The notes under the pieces: model-generated
Seen by the model: the letters and a program-made list of their open reading frames with translations, nothing else
Told to the model about the DNA's origin: nothing
The model's database searches: none
NCBI RefSeq assembly: GCF_024521635.1
Contig: NW_026250414.1
Location: 682,001-746,000, forward strand
DNA: 64,000 nucleotides
Direction of reading: 5' to 3'
Source: Tricharina praecox
Lineage: Eukaryota
Translations under genes and position numbers: made by a program
Part shown: positions 23,614 through 36,339 of the stretch, piece after piece
Numbering within the stretch: the first letter of the stretch is position 1
Layout of the letters: each line of letters begins with the position of its first letter

Positions 23614-26600
23614 CTAAACATTCCAAAACCCCTCTGTCGCAGTGGTGGCGCCGCCACCAGCGCCAGGGGGACCAGCAGCACCAGCACCTGCACCCGCTCC
23701 AGCACCAGCAGCACCAGCAACTCCACTTCCAGCACCCGAGCCGCCACCACTACCGCTCGCACTGCCGCCGCCAGTAGTAGTAGTCGTTGCATCCCCAAAG
23801 TGCAGAGCCTGCTGCATCGCATCCCAATCAACCCTGAGATCCCCAATGCTCTCGGTACGTTCCCTGGGCCCGGCCCCTAGCGGCGGTATGTCATGTCCTC
23901 CTAGCTCGCCAAAGCTCGGGAAACGGAAGTCGCTGGCCGACGCGTGGATCGAAGAACTTGTCGGATCCGCCCATTCAGCTGGCGCGTACTGTGTCCCAAA
24001 GATATTCTGTTGCTGTCCCCCCGCTCCTGTCCGTGGGGCCGTGGTGGTGGGCGTGTTCGCTGCGTGAGAGTAGCTGGGCGCCTGAAATTCCCATTGCGGG
24101 AAATCCAGCTGCTGCTGCTGTTGCGGCACGGAGGTGGGCGTGAGTTGTGAGTTCTCCTGCTTGATCACCACCGGCGGAGGAGCAGGAGGCGTATTTTCGG
24201 AATGTGGAGGAGGAAGGGCTCCAGGCTGAGGTGGCGGGAGCTGCATCGGATTACTCTCGTATCCGAATGTCCTCGCGAAGCCCTCGAATACGTCTAGCAA
24301 TTTTCGGCCAAGGGTGTGACATGTAGCGATGGATCGAAGGGCCCGCTTGCAGACTTCGACCTCGTCCCGCAAAACGCAGCGTAGTGAGGGTTCATGCGAG
24401 CAGTGTCCCAACAGTAGGATCACCGCTGCCCGGAATGTCTGCAGATACACCAGTTCCTCGGTACGAAGACCGAAATACTTGTCGAATCCTTCATGCCGCG
24501 TGGCTCGGAAGAGCAGATGTGATGTGATCTTCGATACCTGCAGGGATTGCGCTAGACAGAAGCTTCGGAAGTCTGGGTTCAGCTCTGGCTCGGTGAAGTA
24601 TCGATACAGGAGGAGACGACAGTATTGGAGGAAGAAGAGGGCTGCATTCTCATTAGCGATAGCTACCAGGGCAACGGTAGGGACAATTACGTCGTAGGGC
24701 TCCAATCTCGAGCGGCGCAAAATTCTGAAGATTGGTCATGTGCGGAGGAAAACGCTCCCAGGCCCTCTTGAGCTTCTCATCCAAATCCTGCACCCGGTGC
24801 TGATCGCGCATTTCGCCGTTGTCGTGGAGAGTAAGATTGATGAGCGTGCTGCAGAGATTGCTGACGTGAATCTGTGCAATCATCACCTGCAGGGAATCCT
24901 CCATATTGTGAGAGGAGCAGAAGGTCTCTTTATCGTCCGGGTCGACCGTGCACGAAGCAATCTTGTCTTCATCATCCAGAGCTTTAGGGAGAGGGATTTC
25001 GATATCAGAGTCGTGGAGAACCATGCCCCGGGACTTCTTGAGGCAGGCTTTCCGTTCCTGGATGTATGCGGCCCAGAACAGGCGTCGGCGGGACTCGAGT
25101 TGCTGCTCTGTATACAGATTATTTGGCTGGGGGATCCGATCCAGCACAACGTCTTGGCATACCCGTGCCATCGATCCAGTTATCATCCAGCAAGGCGAAG
25201 GGAGGGATGCATTGTCCAAATACATCGACATCAACAGAAGAACTATCCATCTCGTCAGCAGAATGCACTTTGCGAGTCAATCGGAAGGGCTTACACATTG
25301 CGTCATCTGCCGTATAGGTAGGACTGTTCAGGTCCGCATACTTTCTCGCCAAATGAAAGAACTTCCAGCCGGTTCTAATTGGCGCGTTAGCGCCCAATTC
25401 ACCACCAGACAATCGAACGGAGCACCGACCGTTCCTGTGTATCCCCCCGTCCCGACACCTCCATAAGCTCCTCCGTGTCTTCTGCCATCTGGCTCGCCAC
25501 CGCAAGCATCATCTGTACAATACAAAAGATACCCTTCACGATGCCGCTGTCTTCCTCCCACATTGGCTCCGTGTATGCACGCTCATACTTCTCCTCCCGA
25601 AACAAAGGCCAGACGAAGAGCGGGGTATAGTTCTGGATGGTCCGGCGGAATACCTCACATAGCCGGTCAGCGATGGGTTTCGGCGGCATCAATACACGGA
25701 GGTCCAGCGGTAGTGTGGCACTCGCAATCGATGGATACTCAGACAGCAACGGTACCCGCGGTGCAGACTGGGAGCCATGAGATTGTGGTGAGGCATAGTC
25801 GGTATTAGGATAACCGAGGTCTCGCAGATATGTCTTGTATGATGAGATGAACTGCGGATTGGAATCGAACACGCCCCGAGACGAACGTGGCATCACTTCC
25901 CCCTCGTGGGGGTTGTTGATCGGAAGAGGATTCCGACCTTGTGAATTAAATTGCATTCCTCCACGATAGCGGTCGGCTGTAGCCGGAACGCCCGAATCAC
26001 TGGATTGCCTCCACCATTCGTTGTGCATATGTTCAGAATTGGGGTCTGGATGCAGTCCATTGCCTGCGGTGGAGCCTGCTACCGACGAAGAGCTGAACTG
26101 GGGACTCGACGACGGCGAACGCTTCTCTAATGGCCTCTGGAGTGCTATATGTGAAAGTGTTGCACCCGAACCGCCGAGCATAGCTTCCGCATCTTGGAGT
26201 TTCTTTGTAAGATCCTGGACTTGAGCTTCTAGCGTCCGTATTCGCCTGGATATACCACATCAGCAATATTTACTTCACACAAGGGGATAATTCAGTACCT
26301 CGCAGGCCCAGCTCGTCTCCGATCTTCACCCCCTTCCGAGAATTTGCAAACCAGACTGGCCAGCGTGCAAGCCGAGCAAGGACCTTCGTCGGGCGTATCA
26401 CACTATTCCCGGGCTCCCGTAAGCTTCCATTCCCGTTCAATTCCACCAATTCCTCTCCGCTCCCCAACCAAAAGTTGCCATACCCACCTTGGTCTTCCGA
26501 GCTCTGCAAGCATCACAGGCTCTACTCCTCCGTCGCCGCTGGAACGGCCTCCGAGAGCCAACCGGCTTGCGCGTCTGTGCCACCCCCGGCAGCAGTATCA

Positions 26601-26928
26601 GGGCGTCCGCATTGGCCGGGGATTGGCTCCTCTTCAGGGCTGAGCCGGCTCGAACATCATTCATGCCGCCACCACCTCCATCTCCACCACCACCACCTCC
26701 GTCACCACCACCACCTCCACCTCCACCATCACCTAACCGTAGTGATGGGGATTCTCCTCGGGCCTGTAAGGGGGTGAAATGGATTCTTGGGTCGATCTGG
26801 GGGAATTGTTGATGTTGTTGCTGCTGCTGGTGTTGCTGCTGGTGTTGCTGTTGTTGCTGATGTTGTTGCTGCTGTTGGTGGTGGTGGTGTTGATGCGCCA
26901 GGCTTTCCAACGGGTGATCGCCACTCAT
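23614..26928 (-). CDS. Zn(II)2Cys6 transcription factor with fungal-specific TF middle domain (multi-exon)
   Basis: Removing intron 26403-26487 gives CDACRARKTK-CDTPDEGPCSACTLASLVC, followed by a coiled coil (RIRTLEAQVQDL). Middle-homology motif ESRRRLFWAAYIQER. PolyQ/H and polyG N-terminus. Further introns at about 26248-26298, 25380-25430, 25260-25320 and near 24690. Confidence 0.93.
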
Positions 26929-29900
26929 TGGTTAAGGTAGATGTCCCGGCCGATCTAGGCGGGATAAGGGGGCGAGACAACCGCCGAAGCCAATGTCGAA
27001 GGGGGTGTATGGATATTGGGCAACGCCGGTTCGTAGGTAGTTAACGGTTCGTGAATTTCCTGGATCCGCGATGCGTATTGAGGTTCCTGGAGCCTTGGGG
27101 AGGGAGGGAAACAGTATGATGGATGGAGGACGGCAAGGCGAGGTGTAGTGAATAGGTGGTAAGATCGGAGGAGGGTAGGTGAGAAAATGCGGCAGCGGGA
27201 GATTGAGTTTCCGAGGGAGGCGGGGGGTGGTCGTGCGAGGAGGATGTTGAGTCGAGTTCTGACCGAGGGAGTCGCAGTCGCAGTTTACATTATTTTTTTT
27301 TCTCTTGGCTGTGTGTTCGGGGGAGAGAGAAATAAGAAAGAAAAAAAAATGTCGGGTCTAATGGCTGTCTGGCTGGCTGTCTGGCTCGCTGGTGGTTTTG
27401 CCACTCTCCTGTCCTCTCCTCTCCTCTCCTGTCCTGTCCTTCCGTCTCAGACATTTTCCTTTCCTTCCAGAAAAGTGAACCGCGATATGATTCATCCCAA
27501 GCACCAAGCACCGCGCTCTGCGTCCCCCGCACTTTCCGCGGGGCGACACACGCCGCCGAGCTCGTTCGCATGCTGCAAGCAGGAGCGTCATTGAAATCGT
27601 TCGGACGTGGCCCGTGCCCCCCTCCCTCCCCCCGGGGGTGCCCCACCACTACTTCACATCTCACATCCGGGTGGAACTACTCGTTCTACGCCCAATGGAA
27701 TGGACGGGGATGAGGGCGAGGGTGGGAGGGAAGGCATACAGGCCCAGCAGGTGTGGTGGTGGTGGTGGTGGTGGTGGACGTGGTGGTGGTGATGGTGGTC
27801 GTAGTGGTAGTACTGGTGGTCGTTAGTGGTGGTGCACTGGTGCTGGGAGGTAAGCTCTAAACGCGACCCGAGCTTTGGTTCAGTTCCGTTCAGTTCACGT
27901 ACTCTAGAGAACTCTACAGTACTCTACACGCGTGCGGGCGGCGGCGAACGAATGGCGGCGCGATTGCGTCACATCTCCGACTGGGGGCGATTCACGAATT
28001 GTGATGGATTTCCGCTGTACTCTACTCTAGAGCTGAGCAGAGAATACCAGTTAACTGCCGCAGAGCAGCTACTGACAGCCAGACAGCTAGACAGCTGCAT
28101 TGGGATCGCCTCGATCCCACTGTGATTCCACTTGATCCCACTTGATCCATCCCATCCCACTCGATGGCGTGTGCGTGTGTGCGTGTGCGTGTGCGTTTGC
28201 CACATTCGGTTTTGTGTGTGAGTGTGATATCCGCGCCTCCCTCGTGACGCGACCGGAGTCAGTCAGTCAGTCGTAAGTAGAGTATCTAGAGTACGGTAAC
28301 AACTACCTACCTGGTCCGAGACCCACTGTCTCTCGCTCTCTCTCTCTCTCGCTCTATCTCGCAAGTCCGTCCATGGAACCGGAAACGTCCAGCGTAATCC
28401 ACTGCAGTCACCAGCGCAGTGCAGCTTCAAAGTTCAGAGTTCTTGAAATATGAAACCGCAGTGTTTTACAAATCCATCCGCATATCCATCCGCATGTATG
28501 TAGGATATGTAGGATATGTACGTTGCATTCCACGCCGCGCCGCCGCCGTCGTCGCCCCGGCCCCCTGTCAGCAGTCTCCCGACGCAGCTTCCCCCTACCC
28601 CCTGCCCCCCCTTCAGGATTTCTTATCGACAGCACTGGTCCGCGGGAAATCCGTGTGCACTGCGCAGGCCGCCGCACCCAGGGCGGAGTTTAGGTTTTAA
28701 TTTGTTTTCCACGTGGTGGTGACATGCGTGCGGCATGTGTTGCATGGTTTGGTGTGGTTTGGTGTGGCATGGTTTGGTATGGTTTGGTTTGGTTTGGTGT
28801 GGCCTGGTATGAAGATGTGGCATGGCATGGCTACTTTGGGAATGGTCGATATGGTAGAGTAGATGCGTACACATGGGACATCACTCGATCAGAAGAGAGA
28901 CTGGGACGGTGGAGTGGACGGTTGGTATGTGTGTATGTACGAGGTCATTATTCTTTGGTGAAGGTGTCTTGGAGGGAGGGGGTACGTATATCTACGGAAC
29001 ACAACTACAGAATACCGGTACATACCTACTACCGTGGAGAACTACCTACCACACCCAAGGTTCGCTATCGCTGCGGGGGGGAAAGAGTCAAGACAGCAGG
29101 GAGTGAATGATACCAGTAGCGCTTCCGTGACACTACAATGGTAGTGGTGTGAAGCCTTCTAGTCTGCGATCTTTTGGCCGAGGCTAAGCGTACATACGGT
29201 AGTAAACCGCATCTCCGATCCGTCATCGCTACTGGTAGCTAGAAGAGAGTTCTACGGAGTGGAGGGCGGATAGTTATCGCCGATTCAGCAAGCGTGTACC
29301 CCACGAATGACAGGACGGCGGAACACTAACACTAACATCAGCTAGCTGTTGTGCCGGTGCCGGTGGATCATCTTCGATTGCTCTAAAAGTCTCTCTACTA
29401 GCATCGATGGGCCAGCCTGTATATCCGGATTCGAACAGGCTACATACGGTGTTCCGTGTCCACAACCAACCCAGCGTCTCTGGGTTCCGCGGCCTGAGAG
29501 AGCCACAGGAAACTCCGCTCTTTTACTCTTTACTCCAGGCTTATCTCAACGTCTCAACGTCTCAACGTCTCACCCAGAGTCTTCAATCTACCGGACCCAA
29601 CCCAGTTCTCCACCATCCCGTCTCTCCCGTTCTCTAGGGGATCCGAATCGTGATCGAATCGTGACCAGTCGCTCCGGAGTTCCCTTAGCGGGAATTTAAA
29701 CGCATGTGCACTTGACTGTGTACTCGAAGCCACTCATCGTCCACTCATTAGTAACGCCGCTACCCGACGCCACCCGCTGTCACACCTGTCACACCAAGAT
29801 GTACCTACCATTCGGTGCTTTGGGATACCTACGTCGGAAATGCAACAATCCGCGCCCAGCAGATGCAGATACAGATACAGCTGCAGCTGCTCTGTGGGTA

Positions 29901-30644
29901 TCGTATCGATGCACCAACCCTTGAGTTGCGTCGGCTGCCAGTGAACCCGCGCACTCGGTTCGGCTCGGCTTGGTGTGCCCAGCTCTCCCAGTCCCCCCCA
30001 TATCCGCTCGCTCGCTACTCCGCGCCGCAAAGTTCGCCCCTTTGCCACTCCTACCAGCTTCAGCTTCACCTCCTCTACTCCACCCGTATGTACCTGCTCA
30101 ATAATCAATTTTCCGCGGCCGGCAACGAATATCGGTCGTCGACCGAGTGATGCAGTATGTACCTATACCAGCAGTCTAGGTATCTCCCCGGTCCCGTTCT
30201 TCCGCAGCCCTGCATCCCGGAGAAAAGAAAAACGCCTGACGCCGTGCGCCACCACCACATTCGCAATGCGATCGAGATTCGACGCATCACAAACTACGGT
30301 ATGCACTTACTCAAGTGCGGGTGGGTAATACCTTTAATTCCTAATTCCAGGTAACCTGGCGTACTCGAGTACTTACTTTGGGTGCTTGCGTGCGCATGAT
30401 CCGGTTGGGTGGACTCTGGAGTGCACAATAAATCCTTCAAAGACTCATCCTGCTTCAGCGATGGAACAGGAGGCAAAGAGCTTTACGCCCCCACCACCCC
30501 CCCTCACCCCCGGGAGTGGCCACCTCGCAAAAGCTTGAAGCTTCGGATCTCTATACTGTACATACAGGCTGCCTGCAGCGGGTAGGCAACCAACCGAGTG
30601 CTCTAGATGGGTGGGTGAGTGGGGTGAGTGGGTGGGTGGGGCGC

Positions 30645-30705
30645 GCAGATGGGGCTGGAATCGTGGATGGGGCTGGAATCGTGGATGGGGCTGGATCGTG
30701 GATGG
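30645..30705. repeat. 18-bp tandem repeat, 3 copies
   Basis: GATGGGGCTGGAATCGTG units. Confidence 0.85.
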
Positions 30706-32654
30706 TGTCACGGTGTGCAAACAATCACCAAAATGTCAAACATTCGCAAATCGTAAAGTGCAGATGTGCTGCACAACCGTTGATACTGGGCATAACCGTG
30801 GTCACGACTCACGTCGTCGGCTTGTTACTTCGGATGTCTGTCTGTCTTTATGGATGTCTGTCCTGGCTGGTTGGCCTCCGCCTCATCCACCTCCTCCGCT
30901 GGGCTACTTCTTTGCGCATAGTGTCAGTATTGATTTCGAGAGCACGAGTACTCCGGTCCAGAGGTTGCTGCAGTACCTAGGGCACGGGTGAAACGGAGTG
31001 AGCAGTAGATTGATCGAGCGGAGAAACCACTGTGGGCGGCGGGCGGTAAATACCGTCCGTTCGCCTCGCTGTGTCGTCACGAGTCACGGCTGCTACGTCG
31101 TTGTCGTCATATTCCTGCAGTCGTCACTTCTTTGGTGGTCACGTCTTTTGGCGTCACGTACCGGTACCTACGGTATGCCATCACATCACTGGCAGCTGCC
31201 ACGAGCAACTCAGCATGCATTCCGATTCCTCTTGAGTCTTTCCCCGGAGTCTGCCAGTCAGGCGAGGCGATGAGCAACGAGTTGGTAGATGAGTACTCCC
31301 TCTACTAACTCATCAACAGCGAACCGTTTGATCAATGGAATCCTACCGCTACTAGGTAATGGGCATGGCCTGACATCTATCCACCCCGTTTCTTCGTTAA
31401 TCGCGTACGGTGTAGCTTGATGGTGGCGATATGTGCACTACTCCACATAATTGTCCGGTTCCTGCTCCGCATGGTCGTCAAACGTTGATTCGATGGGACT
31501 CACAGCCAGAGTTTGTGGAAATAACGAAGGCAACGGGCATGGGGGAATCATCCTCTGCTCCTACTCCTGCAGCTTCCTCCCACCGAGCCCTCCCAATCCC
31601 TGACCAGTATTCTAGGAATCTTTGCAGAACGATAGACTCATAGCCACAGGCCGACAACCACAACCAACAGCTGCACCGTGTCCGCAGCGGTCTCGCCCTC
31701 CTCCCCGGCGATCACTGGTCTCTTCCCTAGCCAGCCTCTTCTCTCCCTCGCGGACTCGCCGGCTTAGGCAACGCCATGCCGCACGTCAGTTTCCGCGGAA
31801 GTTGCCCATTGCCCCCCCTCCGGGGTGCACCTCTCGTCCGCGAATGATCCGTGCTTGCGCTCGCTCGTCCGGGGCAGACAGGGGGGTTGCTTCTTTTTTT
31901 CCAATCATCTTTTGTTGCGTGAGACCTCTAGGGTTCTGGCGATGCCCAGACACGGACACGGTACATCCCGTGTTTGGCCACGTGTGGGGCACAGAGCTCA
32001 GCTCAGCTCGGTGCGACAGTGAGCTCGGCGCGGTGCGACAGTGATTCCCTGCCTCTCATCTCTCTACCTCTCATCTCCTCTCCGCCGCTGGATCTGGGAG
32101 AAACAACGCCATTGCCACTGCTCTTCTTCATTCTTCGTCCGCCTCCCGCTGTGGACCTGCCCCCTCCCCCCGCATCCCCTACCGCTGCCGTTGCAGCCGT
32201 TCTACCGTACCACGTTCGTCGCCTCCAGCAAGTCGAGGGCTACACGATTCAACCTATCCGACATCGACTCCTCCCCAACCCGGGTTCGCTCGCGATTCTC
32301 TCCCAGATCTCTCAGATTCCCAGCTGACTCCTCCGAGCAAACTGGATATCGTTCGATGAGGGGCTCTCGTGTCTCGTGTCTGGTTGATGGTTTGCCGTTC
32401 GTACCGCTACTGGTCAGTGTTGGGGGTGCTGGTCGGGAGTATTGGAAACTCGACGGGTACATACGCTTATTCATAAGCACTAGGTATGTTCACACGCTTC
32501 GCCGTGCTTTCACCTCCAGTTCGCTCTGCCGTACGCATATGTACCGATGCGGCGGTTCTCCCACTCCCCCTCGTCCGGATGGCCGCCGAAGCCTTTCCAC
32601 TGTCCATACCTCTTGAATCTTCAACATCTCTTCGCGCTTTCCAGCGTCCACGGC

Positions 32655-32816
32655 TTTTTTTTGTTTAATCATTGATTGCATGCGATTTAGCTAGATCATG
32701 GCAATATCACCCCGTTCACCCGCCCCCCCCCCCCCCCCCCCCCCCCCTTTGCACGCCACTGTCTAACCCGGCTTGCACCGAGCGGCCCGATGTGACTTTC
32801 CCTGCCCTCCACCCCA
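32655..32816 (-). mobile_element. Non-LTR retroposon or SINE-like insertion, copy B, with 14-bp TSD
   Basis: Flanked by an exact direct repeat CCAGCGTCCACGGC (32641-32654 and 32817-32830). A T8 tract (the A-tail) abuts the left TSD. Homologous to 12125-12265. Confidence 0.88.
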
Positions 32817-33987
32817 CCAGCGTCCACGGCAGGCCGCGGATTCGAAAAAAAGTGAAGGGTACCTACTGTATCGAGTGAGAACCCATGATCTGCCACCCCG
32901 CCACCCTTTAAGTGAAATTGTAGTTTGACCAATTCGGTTCTCAATCGCTATCACGGGCAGGCAGTCAGTCGGTTTGGGGGTGTTGCGCGGTGGCGGCGTG
33001 CTGCACTGCTGCTGCTGCTGTGTAAGCACGACGGTATGCTTAGTATGCAGTGATGTGGCCACTGCCGCGGTCGGCCTGGGACGGCGCCGGCGCTGGCCTT
33101 CACTTTTTTATTGGCTTTTCGTTGGGCGAAAGACCCAAGAAGGGTACCCGGCGCTCGCACACATGCAGAGTATATCCGTCACTCCGCGTTCGGCGGAGAA
33201 GTGAAGTGAAGTTGTCGCATCAACCGCACATCAATCGCACATTTACTTCTGATAAGCCCATGCCTTCCGCGGATGGTCTGGAGCTGGTCCAGCGCCACCC
33301 ACGTCCACCACGATTTCACCAGATATAGCAACGTCACTGAAGCTCGGACTCCATCAAGGCCCCATGAAGTTTGAACCCTCAATCGAATCGTCATCCATCC
33401 ATTCCTCACGCATCCCGCCGAGTCAGCGCTCTGCTCGGCCTTCCTCCGCTCTACGACTACATCCCACCCAGCCAACCAAGTACCCCCATCATCCCGCCCG
33501 CTCGCCCGTCGAGACACCCCCCATCAACCCCCCACCCCATCAACAGCCAGCCCACCCGCCTGCCTGCCTACTACAACTACAAGTAAGTATCACTATAATG
33601 AATGATCAGCACACACATCTCGCAAGAAAAAGAAAAGAACGAAAAAAAGGTTAAGGTAAGGTAAGCTCGCTCGCAAAATCAAAGAAAAGTAACGGAAGGA
33701 ACGGAACGGAAGAGAAATAAGGTACAGAGGTACAACGCACATATGCTCTACTAACGAGCCACTACAACAAGTGTTCACCCCCACCGACCACCGACCACCG
33801 ACCATCTCAGCAGCGGCGGTCCACAGAAGAAAGTCCAAGTTCAAGTTCAAGTTCAAGATCGTCCATAACCCTAGTAAAATCCGCATAAGAAAACGAGCAG
33901 TCCAATAAGAAGAAGTAGAAGTAGAAGAAGAAGAATCAGAGAAGCAGAAGCAGAAGAAGAGACGAGAAAGAGAAGAAGCAAAAAGAA

Positions 33988-36339
33988 TTAATCAGCCCAC
34001 CTCCTCTCCCTGCCGCCTGGGCCTCCCTCGACGCGGCGACCCTCGACAACCTTCCTCCAGTCCCTCCACTCTTGCGCGATCTCCTCGAGGACGCCGCCCA
34101 TGACGCTAGCGCTGGCCATGAGTCCGTGGCCCTCGGTGGGCAGCACGCGGACCTCGCAGCGCCGCATCGTCTTCCCGAGCCAGCGCACGTTGTCGACCGG
34201 GACGCGCGCGTCCTTCGCGCCGTGGTGGATCACCACCTCGCGCGTGATGTCGACGTACATGAACCCGACGGGCCGGTTGCGCTCGAGGCACACGAGCAGG
34301 TCGACGGCGGGGTTGGCGTTGCGCGTCGACAGCGTCCAGATGGCGCATGTGAGCCGCTCGTCGTATGAGGATTGGCGCTCTTTCTCCTGGGCGGCGGTGA
34401 TCGCCGCGAGGAGGAGACTGGCCTCGATGTCTTCCGGTGCTGGGGGGCTGGCCGCGTCGTCGCCGGGCGGGTCGGTGCCGTTACCGCTGGGCTGGTGGTT
34501 TGTTGTTAGGGTTGGCCGGTCCTTGGCGGCGGATGGGTCGACGATTTTTTGTGGGGCGGCGGCGGCGGCGGCGCGGCGCTTCGTGCGGCGGGCGCTGTTG
34601 CGCGGGAGGGACGTGGTCAGGGAGCTGGATGTGGCGGACATGAACGGGGAGTTGGCGGCTTTGAGGAAGGGTGTGGGGAGTGCTCGGAGGATGCGTTGGC
34701 TTGTTGGAATGCTGCCCGGCCGCTCGCCTTTGTTCTCGTCGGTGGCGATGACGCTTTCCATTTGGCTCGGGGGGATCCACGGTGCCAGGAGGTGGATCTT
34801 GCCTCTGATGTGGCCGGGCATTCTGAGCGCGGTGGCGAGCGCGTAGATCGCGCCGGCAGAATGCGCGAGAATCGAGAACTTGGTGATCTTGAGCGACTGG
34901 CAGATGTAGAGGACATCGTCGGGCCAGTTCAGAACCGCGCGCTCGTTCTCGTCTATCGAATCCGACTCTCCGACGCCGGGACGATCAGGCGTGATCAAAC
35001 GCAGTCCAAGAGTGAGCGCGAGCTCGTCGTAGAACGCCGTGACGTACCGTGTCAACCCCATCCCCACACACACGAACACGGCGAATCCTTGCGGATCCCC
35101 CACCTCGCTGAAGGAAATGGTCCGGCCGGTAGTGGGCATCCGGATCTTCTGGCTCAATCGCGGCGAACAGAGGTACGCGTCGACGGCATCATCGATCGAG
35201 TCTGCCGAGCCGGGCCGCTCCTGCTGCAGAGTGTCCGCAGTGCTACCCTGGAACGAGGGGCGTGGCGGGGTTGTCGTGGTCGTGGTCGTGGTCATGTGGA
35301 TGTATCCATGCGGTGGCACATACTGACTGTCACTCTTGCGCTTCGCGAACCCGTCTAGCACCGTACCCTTCACCTTCGCATCAGCACTGTGTCTCTTCGA
35401 GATCTTGCCCGATGGCAGGCTCTCCGATCGTGTCGGAAAACCCTTGGATCCGCGCTTTCCCTTCAGCTCCTCCCGGTACTTGGCCAAATCCGGAGGTGGT
35501 GGCGCCGCCTCGCTATCGTCGAATTCCGCCGTCGTCGGAAAATTCGGGGAGCCGATCGGACTCTTGTAGATCGGCGCCGCGGTGGTCACAATGGCGTCGG
35601 GAAAGTTCGCCTGCTGCGAGCGAGGGTTGTCGCTCCCCTTTCCATAGCTCGAGCTCCGCTGGGGAATATCCTTTCCGCCGGCACTCGCCCTCGCCACCGG
35701 CCGTTTCCCCTCGGCATTCCGCATCCTCTCCCTCGACGAAACAACACTCAACCTTCCACTTCCGCTCTTATCCCCGCTCTGCCCGCTAACATTCGAATCC
35801 CTGCTCTGCCGCCGCTCATGGTCTGGCCCACGGTTCATATACGTCCTTACATACGACGGAATATCGACGCCACCCTTCGTCCCGACACTGATGCCAGAGT
35901 GATGACTACTCCTCCTCGAATGCGACAGACTCTCATTCTTGGTATGAGTCGAGAAGCCACTGGGGGGCTTCGACGTGCGTACCACGGGCGCCATGGCGGC
36001 ATCGTCGGGGTGGAGGTACCCGCCAGTCTCGTCGTCGGACGCCATGGCGGCATCCACGATCTCCTCGCGCGGCGCCAAAGACCCGTACAGGAACGGATTG
36101 TGCAGCGGCGACGGCTGCAGCTTCGATAGCTGGTCGACGAGCGACGTGATCACCTCGGGCGAGGACGCGGCTGTCGACCCCGGCGTCAGGATGTGGTTCG
36201 GTGCGGAGCGTCGACGGGAGCCGCCCTCGCGCCGTGGGCGCCCCGAGGTCTGGTGGGAGTGCCGGTGCGGTGACCGCGCGCGGGACCGCGGCGGCGACGG
36301 CGGTGAGAGCATCTCCGTTGTCGTCGTGGTGGTGTTCAT
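33988..36339 (-). CDS. Alpha/beta hydrolase-fold protein with long disordered N-terminus
   Basis: GRTISFSEVGDPQG, LRLITPDRPGVGES, nucleophile elbow AHSAG, HHGAKDARVP and EGHGLM. Confidence 0.93.
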   Translation of the reverse strand: MNTTTTTTEMLSPPSPPRSRARSPHRHSHQTSGRPRREGGSRRRSAPNHILTPGSTAASSPEVITSLVDQLSKLQPSPLHNPFLYGSLAPREEIVDAAMASDDETGGYLHPDDAAMAPVVRTSKPPSGFSTHTKNESLSHSRRSSHHSGISVGTKGGVDIPSYVRTYMNRGPDHERRQSRDSNVSGQSGDKSGSGRLSVVSSRERMRNAEGKRPVARASAGGKDIPQRSSSYGKGSDNPRSQQANFPDAIVTTAAPIYKSPIGSPNFPTTAEFDDSEAAPPPPDLAKYREELKGKRGSKGFPTRSESLPSGKISKRHSADAKVKGTVLDGFAKRKSDSQYVPPHGYIHMTTTTTTTTPPRPSFQGSTADTLQQERPGSADSIDDAVDAYLCSPRLSQKIRMPTTGRTISFSEVGDPQGFAVFVCVGMGLTRYVTAFYDELALTLGLRLITPDRPGVGESDSIDENERAVLNWPDDVLYICQSLKITKFSILAHSAGAIYALATALRMPGHIRGKIHLLAPWIPPSQMESVIATDENKGERPGSIPTSQRILRALPTPFLKAANSPFMSATSSSLTTSLPRNSARRTKRRAAAAAAPQKIVDPSAAKDRPTLTTNHQPSGNGTDPPGDDAASPPAPEDIEASLLLAAITAAQEKERQSSYDERLTCAIWTLSTRNANPAVDLLVCLERNRPVGFMYVDITREVVIHHGAKDARVPVDNVRWLGKTMRRCEVRVLPTEGHGLMASASVMGGVLEEIAQEWRDWRKVVEGRRVEGGPGGRERRWAD

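Noticed and set aside
23614..26928. Naming the TF as a cellulase regulator (Clr-1, Clr-2 or XlnR)
   Set aside because: I cannot establish orthology from memory, and it lies 17 kb from cbh1; a phylogeny is needed.
12120..32816. Copies A and B as terminal inverted repeats of a 20-kb element
   Set aside because: Copy B has its own TSD and A-tail, and further copies exist elsewhere, so these are independent insertions.
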